Positions 40,931 to 56,981 are shown, counted from the first letter of the stretch. The stretch is DNA of 64,000 bases from the human T2T-CHM13v2.0 reference genome, Homo sapiens (GCF_009914755.1 NC_060925.1), one strand, 5' to 3'. The notes: generated by a model not told the origin, from the letters alone. Made by a program: numbers and translations.

Positions 40931-42367
40931 CTGTGGAGAAGGGAGGGCGGGGGTCAGGGCGGCCTCCACCCCACGGCTGGGCGGGGGACACTGGCGTTTC
41001 TGTGGTCAGCAGGCAGACACTTGGTTAGGGGAAGCAGTGGCTTGGCTGACTACCAGATGTTCAAATAACAGAATATTAGAATGTGTCGTTAGTTGCCCAT
41101 GAATGTTTATCTTTCTAGTGAGCAGGTTTATCTACGCTAAAATTCAGCACTGAAGGATTTTGGTGGCCATGAGTTCAAGCCCCCGCCCAGGCGGGCTCTC
41201 TCCTGGCCGGGAGTGGCAGCACCTGCTGAAAGGCTTCAGAGCCACTGTGCCCCCACGGGGGAGGCCGCAGACTGCCTTCCAGGAGCTGTGGGTGTCGGCT
41301 GGCTCTGCCCTTCCTTAGGTCAGGGCCAAATCTGCAAACTGCACTGTCCATTCATTGGCCTTGCTGGTGCCCACCGGAGCCACAGCTGCCCCACTACACT
41401 GCTCCAAGCACCAAGACAGAACCTTGTATCACCTTCCACAGCCATTCCCACCCTCAGGGGCTCCAGTGACACAGGGCAGCTGCCCGTGCCCCTTGGTGGG
41501 ATTGAATCTTATGTGACTGCATGCCAAGCCTCCCTTCTGGCCCCACTGGTCTCGCCCACGGGACCAAAGCTTCCTCCTCTGGGCTGCTGGATGCCACACC
41601 CCTTGGCCAGAGTCCTCCATGCTCAAAGCACCAGCCCCATTTCTCTGTGAATCATGACAAAGTCCAAAGTCACCAGTTCCCATACATTGTTCCCATGTCC
41701 CTCTCTCCCCCTCAACCCTAACCAACCTCTCTGTACGCCCCACGCTCCCCAGGGCACGACAGTCCATCCTGGCAGAAGCTTCCTGACCCAGAGCTGCTCT
41801 TCTGCCCCCACCACCCTCCCCGGCCTGGGCTCCATCCTCCTACCTGGCCTCAACATAATCCCTTAATCTCAGGGAGCTCAGCTCTTCCCTATAGGCAGGC
41901 ATGAGACACCCTGCCTGGGGGATAGCTACGGGATGGAAGGACTCAAGCCAAGAGCTGACCTGGGGCCCCGGGAAGGTGTCACCATCGATGTCACTGGCCA
42001 CCAGGCTGCAGAAACCCCCGGGGACTTCCGGGGCAAGTGCTGCCCTGCGGTCAGAATGCCCTCCCAGGCGGCCCAGCGTGGCCTCTATTCTGGGCCAGGC
42101 TCAAGGATATCCCTGCCCGACTCTGGCTGCTGGGACTTGCTCCCCAGGAAATATATCTGGCTTCGGGGACTTTTTAATGTGGCCTCTGGAACCCCCAGTG
42201 TCCTAGCTGCACCGAGACCAGCCTCACAAGGCAGGTTTAGAGACCCAGAGTGAGAAAGCGGCCAGGTGGTGGCTGTTGGAGGGCGGTTAGCAGGCCAGAG
42301 GCAAGAGCGGTTATTCCATGTTAAAAAGTATCAGAACGATCCATGCTACATTCAACTTCATACTTAC

Positions 42368-42440
42368 AGGGAGCACTTCGTGCCAGTGCTGGGAGAGGAG
42401 GAAGGAGCTGTGTGGTCAGCGCCAGCAGGCATTACGTGAG
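42368..42440 (-). other. ACOT7: ACOT7 73-nt alternative frameshifting cassette exon
   Basis: ctctgtaccttacag| acceptor and CCT|GTAAGT donor. The predicted product matches my recollection of a described truncated 'X' isoform. Confidence 0.8.
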
Positions 42441-42813
42441 CTGTAAGGTACAGAGTCCCATGCAAAGCGCCCGCAGTCACAAGACGCACCCCGGGAGGAG
42501 GGCAGGCCATGGGTCAGGCCCCAGCTAAGGAGCTAGAAGTTTCAACAGGTCAGACCTGAGGGTCTCCCAGCATCTCTGCCTCCTTCCTCACAATGCCCAG
42601 CCCACATCCCTCACCAACAATTGTGTATAACACTTGGGAGTCACAGGCCAAAAAGCAGGAACAAGCCCTTTCCATGAGCAGAAACCAACAAGAACTTCCC
42701 TGTGGCCACGGTGTCACACACGGGGGCCACCCATGAGCGTGGTGCCTGGAGGAGGGCAGGTTCCAGGGGTCTTTGAACACTGGCTCTTAGTTTTGAGGAG
42801 CAACAGAAAACGT

Positions 42814-43109
42814 GTTTTTGTTTTTGAGATGGAGTCTCGCTCTATTGCCCAGGCTGGAGGGCAGTGGTGCCATCATGGCTCACTGCAACCTCTGTCTCCC
42901 AGGTTTAAGCGACTGTCACACCTGTCACTTAAATAGCTGGGATTACAGGCGTGCACCACCATGCACGGCTGATTTTTGTATCTTTTGTAGAGATGAGGTT
43001 TTGTCTTGTTGACCAGGCTGGTCTAGAACTCCTGGCCTCAAGTGATCCAACTGCCTCGGCCTCCCAAATTGCTGGGATTATAATTAGGTGTGAGCCACTC
43101 CGCCCAGGC
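42814..43109 (-). mobile_element. Alu (J-like)
   Basis: Reverse Alu consensus. Confidence 0.9.
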
Positions 43110-43494
43110 TCCAAAAACATGCTCTTGGTGTTGCCCATGAAGGCCCACCTTGGCCACTGCTGCCACGGCCAGATCCTGGCTGCTCATGGCTTAATTGCTG
43201 TGTTAGAAATCTGAAGAAACTCCTAACAGCAATCAACAATGACTTTAAACAACTAAGTAGGTTGATTATAAAAGCATTAGACGTAACAACAAAAAGAAGA
43301 GAATGCTGTCTGGGAGAGCCTCTTGTGGTCCATAATACAATTAACACTTCATAAATGTCAGGAAAATTTTCAATTACAACCAAAATCTGAGAATTTTCAC
43401 CCTTCAGAGAGCAACATCATTATTCTAAACAAGACACAGGCTATAAGGTTGGCTAGCAGGACAAAGTGAAATACTTTAAAACTGGAAACCTAAC

Positions 43495-43656
43495 TGGATA
43501 TAGTGGCACACGCCTGTGGTCCCAGCTACTCGGGAGGCTCAGGCGGGAGCATCGTTTGAGCCCAGGAGGTCGAGGTTGCAGTCAGCTGAGATCGCACCAC
43601 TGCACTCTAGCCTGGGTGACAGAGCAAGACCCTGTCTCAGAAAAAAAGAAAAAAAC
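43495..43656 (+). mobile_element. Alu right-arm monomer
   Basis: cgcctgtggtcccagctactcgggaggct...gaccctgtctc plus A tail. Confidence 0.88.
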
Positions 43657-43832
43657 TGGAAATCTGATGTGGTCACTGGCTGGGACTTAATTTGAAACCT
43701 AGGGTTGACAGACGAATCACAAGTCCCAGTCACCAAGAGAGAGCCCAGTTTCCAGGGGCCCTGGTTTAGGGTATCCCATCTCCTAGACCCTGGGCTCAGA
43801 AGGCACATCCCACACATGACACCAAGGTCTCA

Positions 43833-44414
<582 letters not shown>

Positions 44415-46149
44415 TCAGCCTCTACAAGGGCCCCTAGCCTGCCCCCTGCTTTCCACACCCCACCAGAGTGGCCTTCTGTGAGCTCCCTGAAGCTCCTGGC
44501 CCCCGTGGTCTCTCCCTAGAAAAGCCCTCCTCTTACAGCTATCTGGTTCATCTTCTGAACCTCGGCTCAAGCATCCCTTCTCCAGAGAGCTGCCCAGGGC
44601 GGCTCAGCCCCCTCCACCACACCCCCTCTAGAACTGTCCTCCACTCCTGCAGAGCCAACGACCCCATTTGCATTGGCACACTTGTTGGCTTGTCTATTTC
44701 ACTGTTGTCTGTCTGTCCCCATCTAGCCTGGAAGTCCCACGAGGGCAGGGCTGGGCCCAGGGGGCCCAAAGCAGGTATCCAGTTGACAGGCTGGACCCCT
44801 CTGGGGACCCACGAGGGCTGGGGTGTGGGTCACATGTGGACACCAGGTCACCACAGACTCAAGCTGGCCAGAGCCCCATTAGAGCCCCAGGTTTGCATCC
44901 TCCTGAAGTGGATGCTGAGCAGCCCAGAATCAGGAGTGCCCAGGAGCATGGCCAGCAGCCCCTTCCAAGCCCTGCTGGCCGGTACTTCCTTCCAGTCTCA
45001 ACTTCAGTGCCACTCCTGGAAGCAGCCTGCCCTGGAGCCCCACACCTGTCCACCTCCCTTCCTCCCTGCAAAAGGGTGGAGAGCCTGGGGGCAGTCACGT
45101 GCTGGCCGTCACCTGCCCACGGGGCAGCACAGACTGATTCCGCCCTTCCTGCTAATTCCTCCATGGCGCAGCCATGTGCTGTCATTCCTCCCACTGGGTC
45201 AGAGCCTGGACCATCCAGGCTGCCGGCCAAATCATGACCATGCCCACAGGTCCCTCCACCAAATGTGGAGGCGGGTGAGGCTGGTCATGCATCAGAGAGC
45301 TGAAGACAGCGTGTCCAGGTGGCTCTCGGGAGCCCTGAACCTGACAGGAAAGGCAGAGGCAGGGCCCGACAAGCACTGCCTGCAGACCTGGCGTGTCACA
45401 CGGAGGTCAGGATGCTTCAGGGTCTCCCAGCAATGAGGGGAGCTCAGGCCTCCTTCCCACAAAGTCTGCCTTGATTCAGCCCTCCCGCCAGGCATGAGAA
45501 GGGCAGGAAGGGGGGTCCGCACCTGCCTTGTATACCAGTAGTGTCTGTCTGTATCCTGTGGCGAACCTGGCACTAGGCAAAGTTGGGACATTGCGGGGCC
45601 CATCCGAGGAAGGGGAGAGAGCCTCAAATCCACTTCCACGCACCTGTCTCAGAAACCAAAGCAAACACAACCCCAAGCAGTGCCAGTACCTGCCATAACA
45701 AGGCAGCCAAGACTCGGAGGGCTCTGTGGGGTCAAAAAGACCTCTTGGTCCTGACAATCAGCCCACGAGCGGAGGTGCTGCCTTGGGATGGCTCCACCAC
45801 ATCACCCGTCCAAATGCACCTGCAGTCAAGGTGGCTGGGGTTTATTTAAAAGATGGGTGGGACCAGCTTGAGGTGAAAAATGGATTAACCAAGAACAGCA
45901 TCTCCCACTGAGCGGGCGGATCAGTGCCCACCTAGGAGAGGTGTGGATGCTTGTTTAGTTCTGGGGAAGGCGGCCAGAAGGGGAGCGCCTGGTCCTCTCT
46001 GAGCCTCTGTAGCAGGTACAGCAGCCAGGGCCCTGATGAAGCCAGATATTCATGACAAAGTGTCTCATCAGGAAAGGCAGGGCTCTTCGAGGCCCTGGAG
46101 CAAATACCTGTCAAGGCCAGTCTCCGGAGGCTACGAAGCCATGCGGGAG

Positions 46150-46270
46150 GAGCCCTGAGTTCCATGGCTTTGGAGTCAGATGGGCCTGGATTTAAATCCA
46201 GGCTTGGCCACTGAGCAGGGACAAGCCAGGAGACTGCACTGTGCCTCAGTTTCCTCATCTGCAAATGCTT
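46150..46270. mobile_element. MIR fragment
   Basis: ggctttggagtcaga...tgtgcctcagtttcctcatctgcaaatg. Confidence 0.7.
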
Positions 46271-46592
46271 TCCCCATGCACCCAGCTTCAGAGAATGCAG
46301 GGGAGCAGCAGACCCAGCCACGACCCACTCACAGTGGCTCTCCTTCATCAGGGGCTCCACAGGCCACCTGGGCATTTTGGGGGTAACTTCCTCCACATTT
46401 TTAAAGGAGACACAGTCAACCCATGTGGTTCTATCCTTGCTCTGAGGCTATACTGATGTCAACTGCCCGCATTCATTATGTCACATGACAGGCCCAGGAC
46501 AGTAATTTGGGGTGGGGCCTGAGTGTGCCCCAGGGGCACCGCTGGAGAGGCTTGCAGGGGGTAAAAGGAATCATACCACAAAGTAACAAGAA

Positions 46593-46728
46593 GCTAATTT
46601 TTTGTATTTTTAGTAGAGATGGGGTTTCAGCATGTTAGCCAGGATGGTCTCGATCTCCTGACCTCGTGATCTGCCTGCCTCGGCCTCCCAAAGTGCTGGG
46701 ATAACAGGCATGAGCCACCGCGCCCAGC
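46593..46728 (-). mobile_element. Alu left-arm fragment
   Basis: gctaattttttgtatttttagtagag...gagccaccgcgcccagc. Confidence 0.88.
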
Positions 46729-48648
46729 TTAACGATGCATTTTCAAGCTGCCTGAGAGCCAGGAGTTCCGGCACAAGTGCACGGGGACCAGGTGCAGTCA
46801 CTCCGCAGTCCAGGGCAGGCCTCAAAGGTGGCTGTAGCCGCATGTAATCAATGAGGGTCAAGCTTCATCACTCACACTCGAGGCCCTGACGGGGCGGATG
46901 CCAGGTGGGGTTTAGGCCAGGTCGCTGGGGACACCAAAGCATGGGCTCAGAGCTCTGGTCCCAGAGACCAGCTGCTGGGCCTGCCCTCCCAGTCCCACCT
47001 GGAACCAGCTCCATGGCTGTGAACAGCTTCCTTAACCCCTCGGAATTGCAGCTTCCAAATGGGAAAAACAAACAGAGATAGCGACAGTCCCTGTCTCACT
47101 GGGCTGTGTGAGAAGTAAATGGTATGAAGCAGGTGGCACAATGCCTGGCATCAAGTGTGTCATATTAGGTACAGTTAAACGTATCGGTGCCTGTAGTGGG
47201 CTGAATTGTGAATTACAGCCGCTTTCTGTTTTGAAGTAGTTGTTGAGCCTGCCTGGAGTGGCACAGCCCGTGAGCGCTGGCAGGTACCCCAGCCTGACTC
47301 CCCCAGCAGACGGGCGTCTCTCCAGGGGCGGCAGCAGCCAGATTTCAGCAGTATGCCAGGGATTTGGAAAAGAAAACAAAATAAAAAAAAAATAGCTGTT
47401 AGCAAGACTGAGAGGTTGCCAAGTGTTTCAGAGTTTAGGAAAAGCTCAGCATTTATGCTCCAAAAAGAGCTGTGGCTGTTAACTTTCGTAAGAAAAGCCT
47501 GGAAACAGTGAACTGACTTAGTATTTCTTACATAACACACCCCAAGGCCTTTTCTAGAAGACTCCTTATTTTTCACCCTAATAGTGGAGATCGTTTCTCC
47601 CCAAGAAAACGTCAACTTTAGGTTTTCTCACCAAGTGCTTCCAAAACTATTACACTGAAGGCAACGATATAACTTTTTCACACCAGCTACCTCTGGACAT
47701 TTTAATGTCTCAACTGAAAAAAAAAAATCCACACAGCAAGTGACCCCACAGCTCCCATTAGGGGCTCCACTGCTTGCCTGGGGGGCGGAGGCTCTCCCAC
47801 TCTGTGGGTGCTACCGGGCTCCACGTGCCTTCCCCTGTGCTGGTCCCCTGGGTGCGGGCTCCAGCCTGTCGTGGCCCTCGCGTCCCCAGCACCAACTCCG
47901 TTGCTGGCCTGGGAACTCCACGCGCCTTTGGTGGGTGGGCACTTCCCATTTCCCATGAGATCCAGTCGCACAGATGAAGCGGTCCTTCCTTCACCCCAAC
48001 TGCCTGGTGAGAGTTTAACTTGCCACACACCTGCTAAGGACCCCGTAGGTGCTTGGCCGGGCTAGTTGGCGCAAAGGTGTAAGGGGACAGCTATGACAAG
48101 TGGCAGCCTGTCCTAGCAGACCTGAAGTGCCAGCTGGAGGGGCTCAAGCTGAATGTGGCATGTCACGGGGAGCCACGGAGGCTGTGAGCAGAGGAATAGC
48201 AGGTCCCTAGCGTCAAAAGGCTGTGACAATGGAGGTGGCACTGGGTTGGGCTGGTGAGGGGTGAGGGTAACAGAGGTGGCCCTCTGTGGTCTAGGCAAGT
48301 GTGGGGCATCCTGGAAGAGTCTGGTTCATAAATGCCAAATTTGCAGCCAACAGAGCTGGGCCCACGGCAGGGTGGCAGTGGCCTCCATGGCCGCGGGTGA
48401 GGCCTCTCCCAGCCACGACAAGTGCCCCAAGTTCGTAAGTTCCTCCTAGGCACACACCCTTCGTGGCTGAAACTCAAAGTTATCTTCTGAACCCCTGGGC
48501 CAATGTCTGGATGAAGCAAAGCTGTCCGTGTAACTTCCTGACAGACACCCCACCCAAGCGAGGGCAAGCCACAGCCACAGGGCCTGGCACTTGGTCAATA
48601 TCGCATAAAAGGTCACTCTCCCAAGGAGGCAGTTTTACGGGAGGCTGA

Positions 48649-49472
<824 letters not shown>

Positions 49473-49534
49473 CCCAGCTATTTTTCTAATAAAATATGCT
49501 GAAATGGGCACATCAGAAAACCCCCTTCCACCTG

Positions 49535-49968
49535 CTAAGACAGAATAATGTGCTCCCAAAAGATGCCCACACCCAAATCCACTGAACCTGTGACCTCACG
49601 TGGCAAAGGGGACTCTGCAGACATTGACTAAGTGACAGCCCTGGAGATGGGAAGATTGTTCTGGGGTACCCGGGTGGGCCTGATAGAATCACAGGGGTCC
49701 TGTGAGAGGGAGGCAGGAGTGTCAGCACGAGGGGGGGAATGGGATGCTGTTAGGAGAGGCTGGAGGATGGCCGGGACCATGAGCCGAGGAATGTGGGTGG
49801 CCTCAGACGCTGGGAAAGGCGAGACATGGATTCTTCCCTCCAGCTCCTGGTAGGATGCAGCCTGCAGACCTGCCTTAGACTTCTGACCTCCAAAATTACA
49901 GGAGAGTGAGTGCAGGCTATTTTAAGCTACTGTGTATGGAAATGTTACAGCAGCCCCAGGAAACTCAT
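49535..49968 (+). mobile_element. MLT1-type MaLR LTR (MLT1D-like)
   Basis: agaataatg...cccaaaagatgcccac...gtggcaaaggggact...gacttctgacctcca...gttacagcagcc. Confidence 0.7.
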
Positions 49969-50789
49969 GGAGGCCACATGACTGGCAACGGGTCTCAACT
50001 CCTGGGCTTTTCCCCACTGTGGCAGATCAGCCTGTGGGAGGTAGGGGGTTTCCTCCCAGGGGGACCAGTGGCCTCTCAGGGCTGCTCACATGAGGGGCAC
50101 GGGCTGTGACCGGCTGCCATGGCCCTGCTGTGCCCTCAGGCTCCAACCGCCTGGATGTGCCCAGTCTACCTGCAGGCACCTTTTCCATAAACGTATGATT
50201 TTAAAAGTAATCCTTATGTGGATTAAATTTATACTTGACTTAAGGTTAATACTAATACAACACCCCAACACAAAGAACTGCAACCCTCGGTCTATGCGAC
50301 TATTTCTTGTTATTACAAAACCGCTGCCTTCTGGGGCTTATGGAGGAGACGTCACATCCGTTCTCACTTCTGACACTGACCCTGACTCCCTGCCATTTAG
50401 AGGAAAGGCCCTGGTCCTTCATCAGTAGCCCCTAGGCCTGCTAACTGTAGAGACTCTCATTTGGCTCTAGTGAGGCTGCTCTCTGAAGTCAGGGTCCGGA
50501 GCTAGCCCCTTGCCAGCTGTATGACTGCTCTTCTCAAAAGTGGGGGGCCCCTGGGGGACTGCTGGGGTCACTCTCCCTGCATTCCTTAGAGTGGCCCCTT
50601 CTCCAGGCTGACGTCAATTTCACTGCTGGCTCTCACAAGGGCAGGTCCCACATCCACAGAGACAGAGGCAGCTTGGGGCTGGTGAATCCCAGAGGGGATT
50701 TTATCAAGTTCATGATTTTATAAAAGTGGAAGTGAGCTAGTATCTACATGAGTTGAGCTTTAAGGAGACAAAGCATTTCTAGTGGGTTC

Positions 50790-51175
50790 CCAAATGATAC
50801 ATCTACTCACAACTTCAGAGTGGGGCCTTATTGGAATAAAGGTCTTAGCAGGTATAATTAAGCAAAAGGTCTTGAGATGAGATCACCCCGGATTCTCCAG
50901 GTGTGTCCTAAATCCTATGACAAGTGTCCTTATAAGAGACAGAAGAGGAGAGACACACAGAGGAAGAGGCCTTGTGACCACAGAGACAGACCAGAGTGAC
51001 GCAGCCACAAGCCAAGAAACGTCAAGGAACAGCTGCTGCTCCCAGAAGCTGGAAGGGGCAGGGACGGATCCTCCCCTGACTTCAGAGGGACCTTGGCCCT
51101 GCTGACGCCTTGATTTCAGAATTCTGGCCTCTAGAACTGGGGGCGAACAGATGTCTGTTGTTCTGAGCCCACCAG
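50790..51175 (+). mobile_element. MLT1-type MaLR LTR (MLT1B/C-like)
   Basis: ccttattggaataaaggtctt...tcctaaatcctatgacaagtgtccttataagaga...gccttgatttcagaattctggcctctagaact. Confidence 0.72.
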
Positions 51176-52306
51176 AAAGCAATGCCCATTCTCTACAGTA
51201 CAAAGCTCTGCCAGGCACCACGTGCAACCCGAGGTGAGGTTTCTGTGCCTGCCAGTAGCTCCCTGGGCTCTTGACACCGACTGGGATAGTCCACAATAAT
51301 GTGTGCCCCCACCCGGCAGGGCAGCAGGGTCTGGCCCTCGAGACCTCCTTCATGGTATGGTCGAAGTGAGAGGCAGGTGTGGGGCTCGAGGGTGTACAGC
51401 GGCCCCAGCAGAGTCCATGAGAAAGTCACGCTGGAACTGTGAGGCCAGCCCCCCGCGGTTTCTCACACACCCACCCAGTGTCACCCAGAACCCAGAGCCA
51501 GCAGGGGCCGTGCCTCCCCGCACAGCCTCGCTCTGTTTCCCTACCAAGGGGCAAGCGTGGGAGGCAGCGAGCTGATCTAAGGTGCAGTATCCTAGGAGCA
51601 AGCATGATGACCCTGCTCTGACAACCCTGGCCCCACTCGGCCAGCACAGCCCTCGCCTCCCTGCAAAGGACCTGGCAGGTGTGACAATCCTCTGGAAAAC
51701 AACACACGAGTGTGACAGCATTCAACGGCCCCTGGATGTGACAGAGTCTAGTGGGCCCTGGAGGATACTGGCATAGAAACAGGCCAGACTCCATGGCTGC
51801 TATTTCAGTTTGGTCCAAATTCCTCTATACACAAAACAAGATGTCATCTAAGAAAACAACAGTCTTTCTGTTTCTGGTAAGGGGCCCAGTGTTTTACCCA
51901 GGAGGCCCCGGCCACAGCCGAGACGAGGTGGGGGCCTGGGCGGCCCACTGTCAGGCCCTGGGTGTGGCTTGGGACAGCGGGAATCAGGCGAGCCCACCCA
52001 ACCTGCCCTCACTGCGTGAAGGAAGCCAATCCAAGTGAATGTCCTGCCAGAAATTGTGGCTTCTGAAAATTAAGTCCCCCCGTTAGCCTTGTGGAAAGCC
52101 TTTGGCAAAGCAGCTCCTCGTCCGAGTTGCCCCAGATGTCTTCTAGGTTGCTAAGTTAATTCCTGGAAAAAGCATTCGACCCAGACTGCAGTTCCTGGTT
52201 TTCCCTCAAAATTAATGATTCCTATTGACCAAGAACCACAACACACCTCCTAGCACTCTCCCTTAAAAGTTAATTCTGGTTGTACAAGGAGTTAAGGGTG
52301 GGGACT

Positions 52307-52833
<527 letters not shown>

Positions 52834-53159
52834 GAAAGTCTATTTCTTTCCTGATGGTTCTCCAAGGACACTCAGGGACAACTGAGCACGGCAAGTCCTA
52901 TGGAATGCACGTTTCCCACTATGGGCTGTGCATCCGTCTTTCACAAGGTCACCCTAATCGTGATTTACCCAGGCAGGAGTCCTAGAAAAAATAGCATGGA
53001 ATATGATGCCACAGATTCTCCTGCAGAGTCACGCACCACACAGGCCTGTGGGGGACGAGCTAAAACACAGAGGACCCACTTGTTTTGGGCAGATTCTAAA
53101 ATGACATTGTGGTCTATGTTTGTGGCAAACATCTATTGGTCAAGAAAAGATTCTGAGTG

Positions 53160-53352
53160 AGCCGCTGTCTCTACAAAAAATACAAAATACAAAAATTAGC
53201 TGGTTGTGGTGGTGCATGTCTGTAGTCCTGGCTACCTGGGAGGCTGAGGTGAGAGGATCACTTGAGCACGGAAGTGCAAGGCTACAGTGAGCAGGGATTG
53301 CACCACTGTACTCCGGCCTGGGTGACAGAATAAGATCGTGTTGTGGAAAAAA
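53160..53352 (+). mobile_element. partial AluJ-like element
   Basis: tgtctctacaaaaaatac...gaggatcacttgagc...cctgggtgacaga. Confidence 0.85.
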
Positions 53353-54507
53353 GAAAAGGATTCTGCAAAGTGGAAGAAAGCAACGCCAGAGACCTTCCTT
53401 CTCCTTACCACAAAGCATCCAAAATCCAGCATGTGTGAGCCTAGCCTTCTCTCAGTAATTCCAGGGAGGGAGGCAGCCCTCCACCATTCCAATCTTAGGT
53501 GCTTCTGCCCTAGTCCAGGGTCTCCCATTGCCAGGTGTGTTCTGCAGTAGCAGCTGCCGGAGACAGCACCAAGGCTGGGCTACCCGGGGCCTGGGAGTCT
53601 GCCCCTGCTCAGGCTCTGGTGGGCAGGAGCTGTGGCAAGGAGAGCCAAGCTTGCACTTCTTCCACTCTCGCTTCCCACGACAAGGGGCTGGTCTCAGCCA
53701 ACAGCTCCTCCAACAAGCCGCTTTAATGAGGTGGTGTCCTCAGAATCAGCACCAGGCCCTGACGATGCTGACACCACCCTCGGTCTGTGAGGCAGTGCTG
53801 CTGCAGGGGGTGCACGGCCTCATCTCAGCAGACGTCACACTGACAAAAATCACCACGTGTCAGGTGCACTTCACTGTACTTCTGCAGAGAGCAGTCACAT
53901 AAGACAAGCATGGTGACCTCTGCTCATACAAACTGCAGAGGCCTGGCCTGTCAAGCTGGCACACATACCCCAGGGACAGCTGACACCATTTCCAGGCAGG
54001 GGCCAGGTGGCTGGGGTTGGATTTTTGTGGTGGAGAAAAACCACCCAATGCCAGTGCTGCCCTGGGTGGCGTGGGCAGGGCTGGCCGAGGAGGGGCTCCT
54101 GCGGGCTTTTCTGTACTGACCCTGCCACTGCCTAAATCATGAATCATTAATTCCGCTCCCAAAATGAAATGTGCTGCCATGAGGTTTGGTGTCCAGGGTC
54201 GTGGCAGCTGCAGGCACAGGACCTTCCCAGAGCTCTGTCTGTGGAGCGTTTTCAGAGGGTGAGTTTAGGCAGGTCTTTAGGAGGATAATGGCCCCGTCAT
54301 ATCTGAGTCAAGGATTTTACCAGATTGAAACATCAAGTCAATAAACAGCAAGGACAAAGAAAGAAACCTCAGCTTCCTGTTCCCTGTGGCAGATGGGCAC
54401 ACACCAAGGCCCACATGACCCTGGGTGTGAACAGAAAACAAACTGGTGCAGGGACCCAAGCAGCCGAGGGCCACTGCCTCCCTCGTCTTTGCCAGAAGAG
54501 TGGTTAC

Positions 54508-54624
54508 CTTTTCTGATCTTGTCATGAAAATTAATGGCGTCCACGGAAGCTGTGACGATGTTGGTCTTGCAGTGGCGTGCAGCCACGATCCCGGCGACCT
54601 CATCCATGAGCTTCATGGTCACAC
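54508..54624 (-). CDS. ACOT7: ACOT7 internal exon (second hotdog domain central helix)
   Basis: ttctccgcag| acceptor and AAG|GTAACC donor; GVTMKLMDEVAGIVAARHCKTNIVTASVDAINFHDKIRK. Upstream exons lie outside the window. Confidence 0.96.
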
Positions 54625-54904
54625 CTGCGGAGAAAGGGACATGCGGCAGATGAGACACGGAGGCAGAGGAGATTATTTCACACCCTGGAAACAAGTTACA
54701 ACTCGAGCCCTCCCCTCCCACTAGCCACCAGCAAGGGCCGCAGCCAGCAGGGGTGCAGGGTGCTCGGCCGCACGTGCTGTGGCTCACGCGCTACATGGGG
54801 CTTCCTCAGGAGATTTTGAAAAAAACGACCATGGCTGATATGCCAAGCCACTAACAAAACAGCCCTTTTCCTGTCCTCTACAGATATCTCACCCTGCTGG
54901 GCAA

Positions 54905-55905
54905 GTTTTGTTACAATATCAACTGGGATGGCTGCAATCCTGAAGTCACAGAACAGCACGTGCTGGCGAGGATGTGGGGGAAACTGGAACCCTCCTCCAC
55001 TGCCAGTGGGAGCCAAAGGTGCAGGTACTTTGGAAACAGTTTGAAGTTTCGCAAGAGGATAAACACAGAGGGACCGTATAACCTAGCAATTCCACTCCTA
55101 GGCAGATACCCAGAAGAAATACATGTTCAACAGAAACTTGTACAGAGCTTTCACAGCAGCATGTACGCATAGCAGCCAAAAAGTGGAAACAACTCAAAGG
55201 TCCATACATGATGAATGGAGAAAAAAAATGTGGCCTGTCCATACAACGGAACAATAGACGCTGCACTAGGAATGAAGCTTGAAAACGCTATGCAAGCAAA
55301 AGGAGCCAGACACCAAAGACCACACACTGTATGCTGCCATTGACAGGAAAAACCCAGAAGAGGCAAGTCCATGGGGACAGAGGGTAGATTAGGGGTTCCC
55401 TAGGGATAAGGGATTAGGGGGATATGGGAATGACCACTAATGGGTACAGGGTCTCTTTGTAGGAGTAATGACAATGGTCTCAAATTGACGGCAATAGTAG
55501 TTGCACAACTCTGTGCAAATACAAAAAAAAAAAATCAACAACTTGTACACTTTATTTTTGTTTTTGAGACAGGGTCTCACTTTGTCACCCAGGCTGGAGT
55601 ACAGTGATGTGATCTCAGCTCATCGCAGCCTCAACCTCCCCAGGCTCAGGTGATCCTCCTACTTCAGCCTCCAAAGTAGCTGGGATGACAGGCACATGTT
55701 ACCACACCTGGCTAATATTGTTGTAGATGGGGTCTTGCTATGTTGCCCAGGCTGGCCTCGAACTCCTGGACTGAAACGATCTGCCCACCTCACCTCCCAA
55801 AGTGCTGGGATTACAGTCGTGCTACTGAGCCAGGCCAGTACACTTTAAATAGGTGAAATGTGTGGTATGTGGATCATCGTCAGTACAGCTGTTATATCAA
55901 ACAAA
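54905..55905 (+). mobile_element. L1M 3' fragment with nested antisense AluJ (55551-55837)
   Basis: ctggcgaggatgtggggaaactggaaccctc...acctagcaattccactcctagg L1 signature; Alu TSD gtacacttta. Confidence 0.8.
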
Positions 55906-56071
55906 CAAACAAAGACTCACTGAAAGAATACTGGAGAATACTCGGGCTGCAGATGTCCGCTTTTACTCAGTCTCTCTTATTTGATGGACCACCACTGTGC
56001 ACATGCTGGTCCCCCACCCCCAGTTCTCATCCCTGGTACAACACATATATTACAATTATTTCAATTTTTAA

Positions 56072-56516
<445 letters not shown>

Positions 56517-56689
56517 GACTCTTATTTCACTTAAAAATTTAAAATGTACCTTTACTTAGGTTGAACTACATGAAATTGCCAATAGTCAACAATATTTGAC
56601 TTACAAAAGCAGCAAAGTGATATTAACCAACTTAATACCTATTAGAAATTTTAGAAAGTTATGTACATTCACCCTAGGACACAGAATGA

Positions 56690-56981
56690 TTTTTTTTTTT
56701 GACGCGGAGTCTCGCTCTGTCACCAAGATTGGAGTGCAGTGGCACAATCTCAGCTCCCTGCAACCTCTGCCTCCCAGGTTCAAGCTATTCTCCTGCCTCC
56801 GCCTCCTAGTAGCTGGGATTACAGATGTGTACCACCACACCCAACTAATTTTTGTATTTTTAGTAGAGACAGGGTTTTGCCATGTTGTCCAGGCTGGTCC
56901 CAAACTCCTGACCTCAGGTTATCTGCCTGCCTCGGCCTCCCAAAGTGCTGGGATTACAGGTGTGAGCCACTGCACCCAGCC
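56690..56981 (-). mobile_element. AluS-like element
   Basis: TSD aggacacagaatgatt on both sides. Confidence 0.94.

Noticed and set aside
44468-45436. 322-aa + strand ORF within an ACOT7 intron
   Set aside because: GTG start, no domain similarity, no evident promoter or splice support
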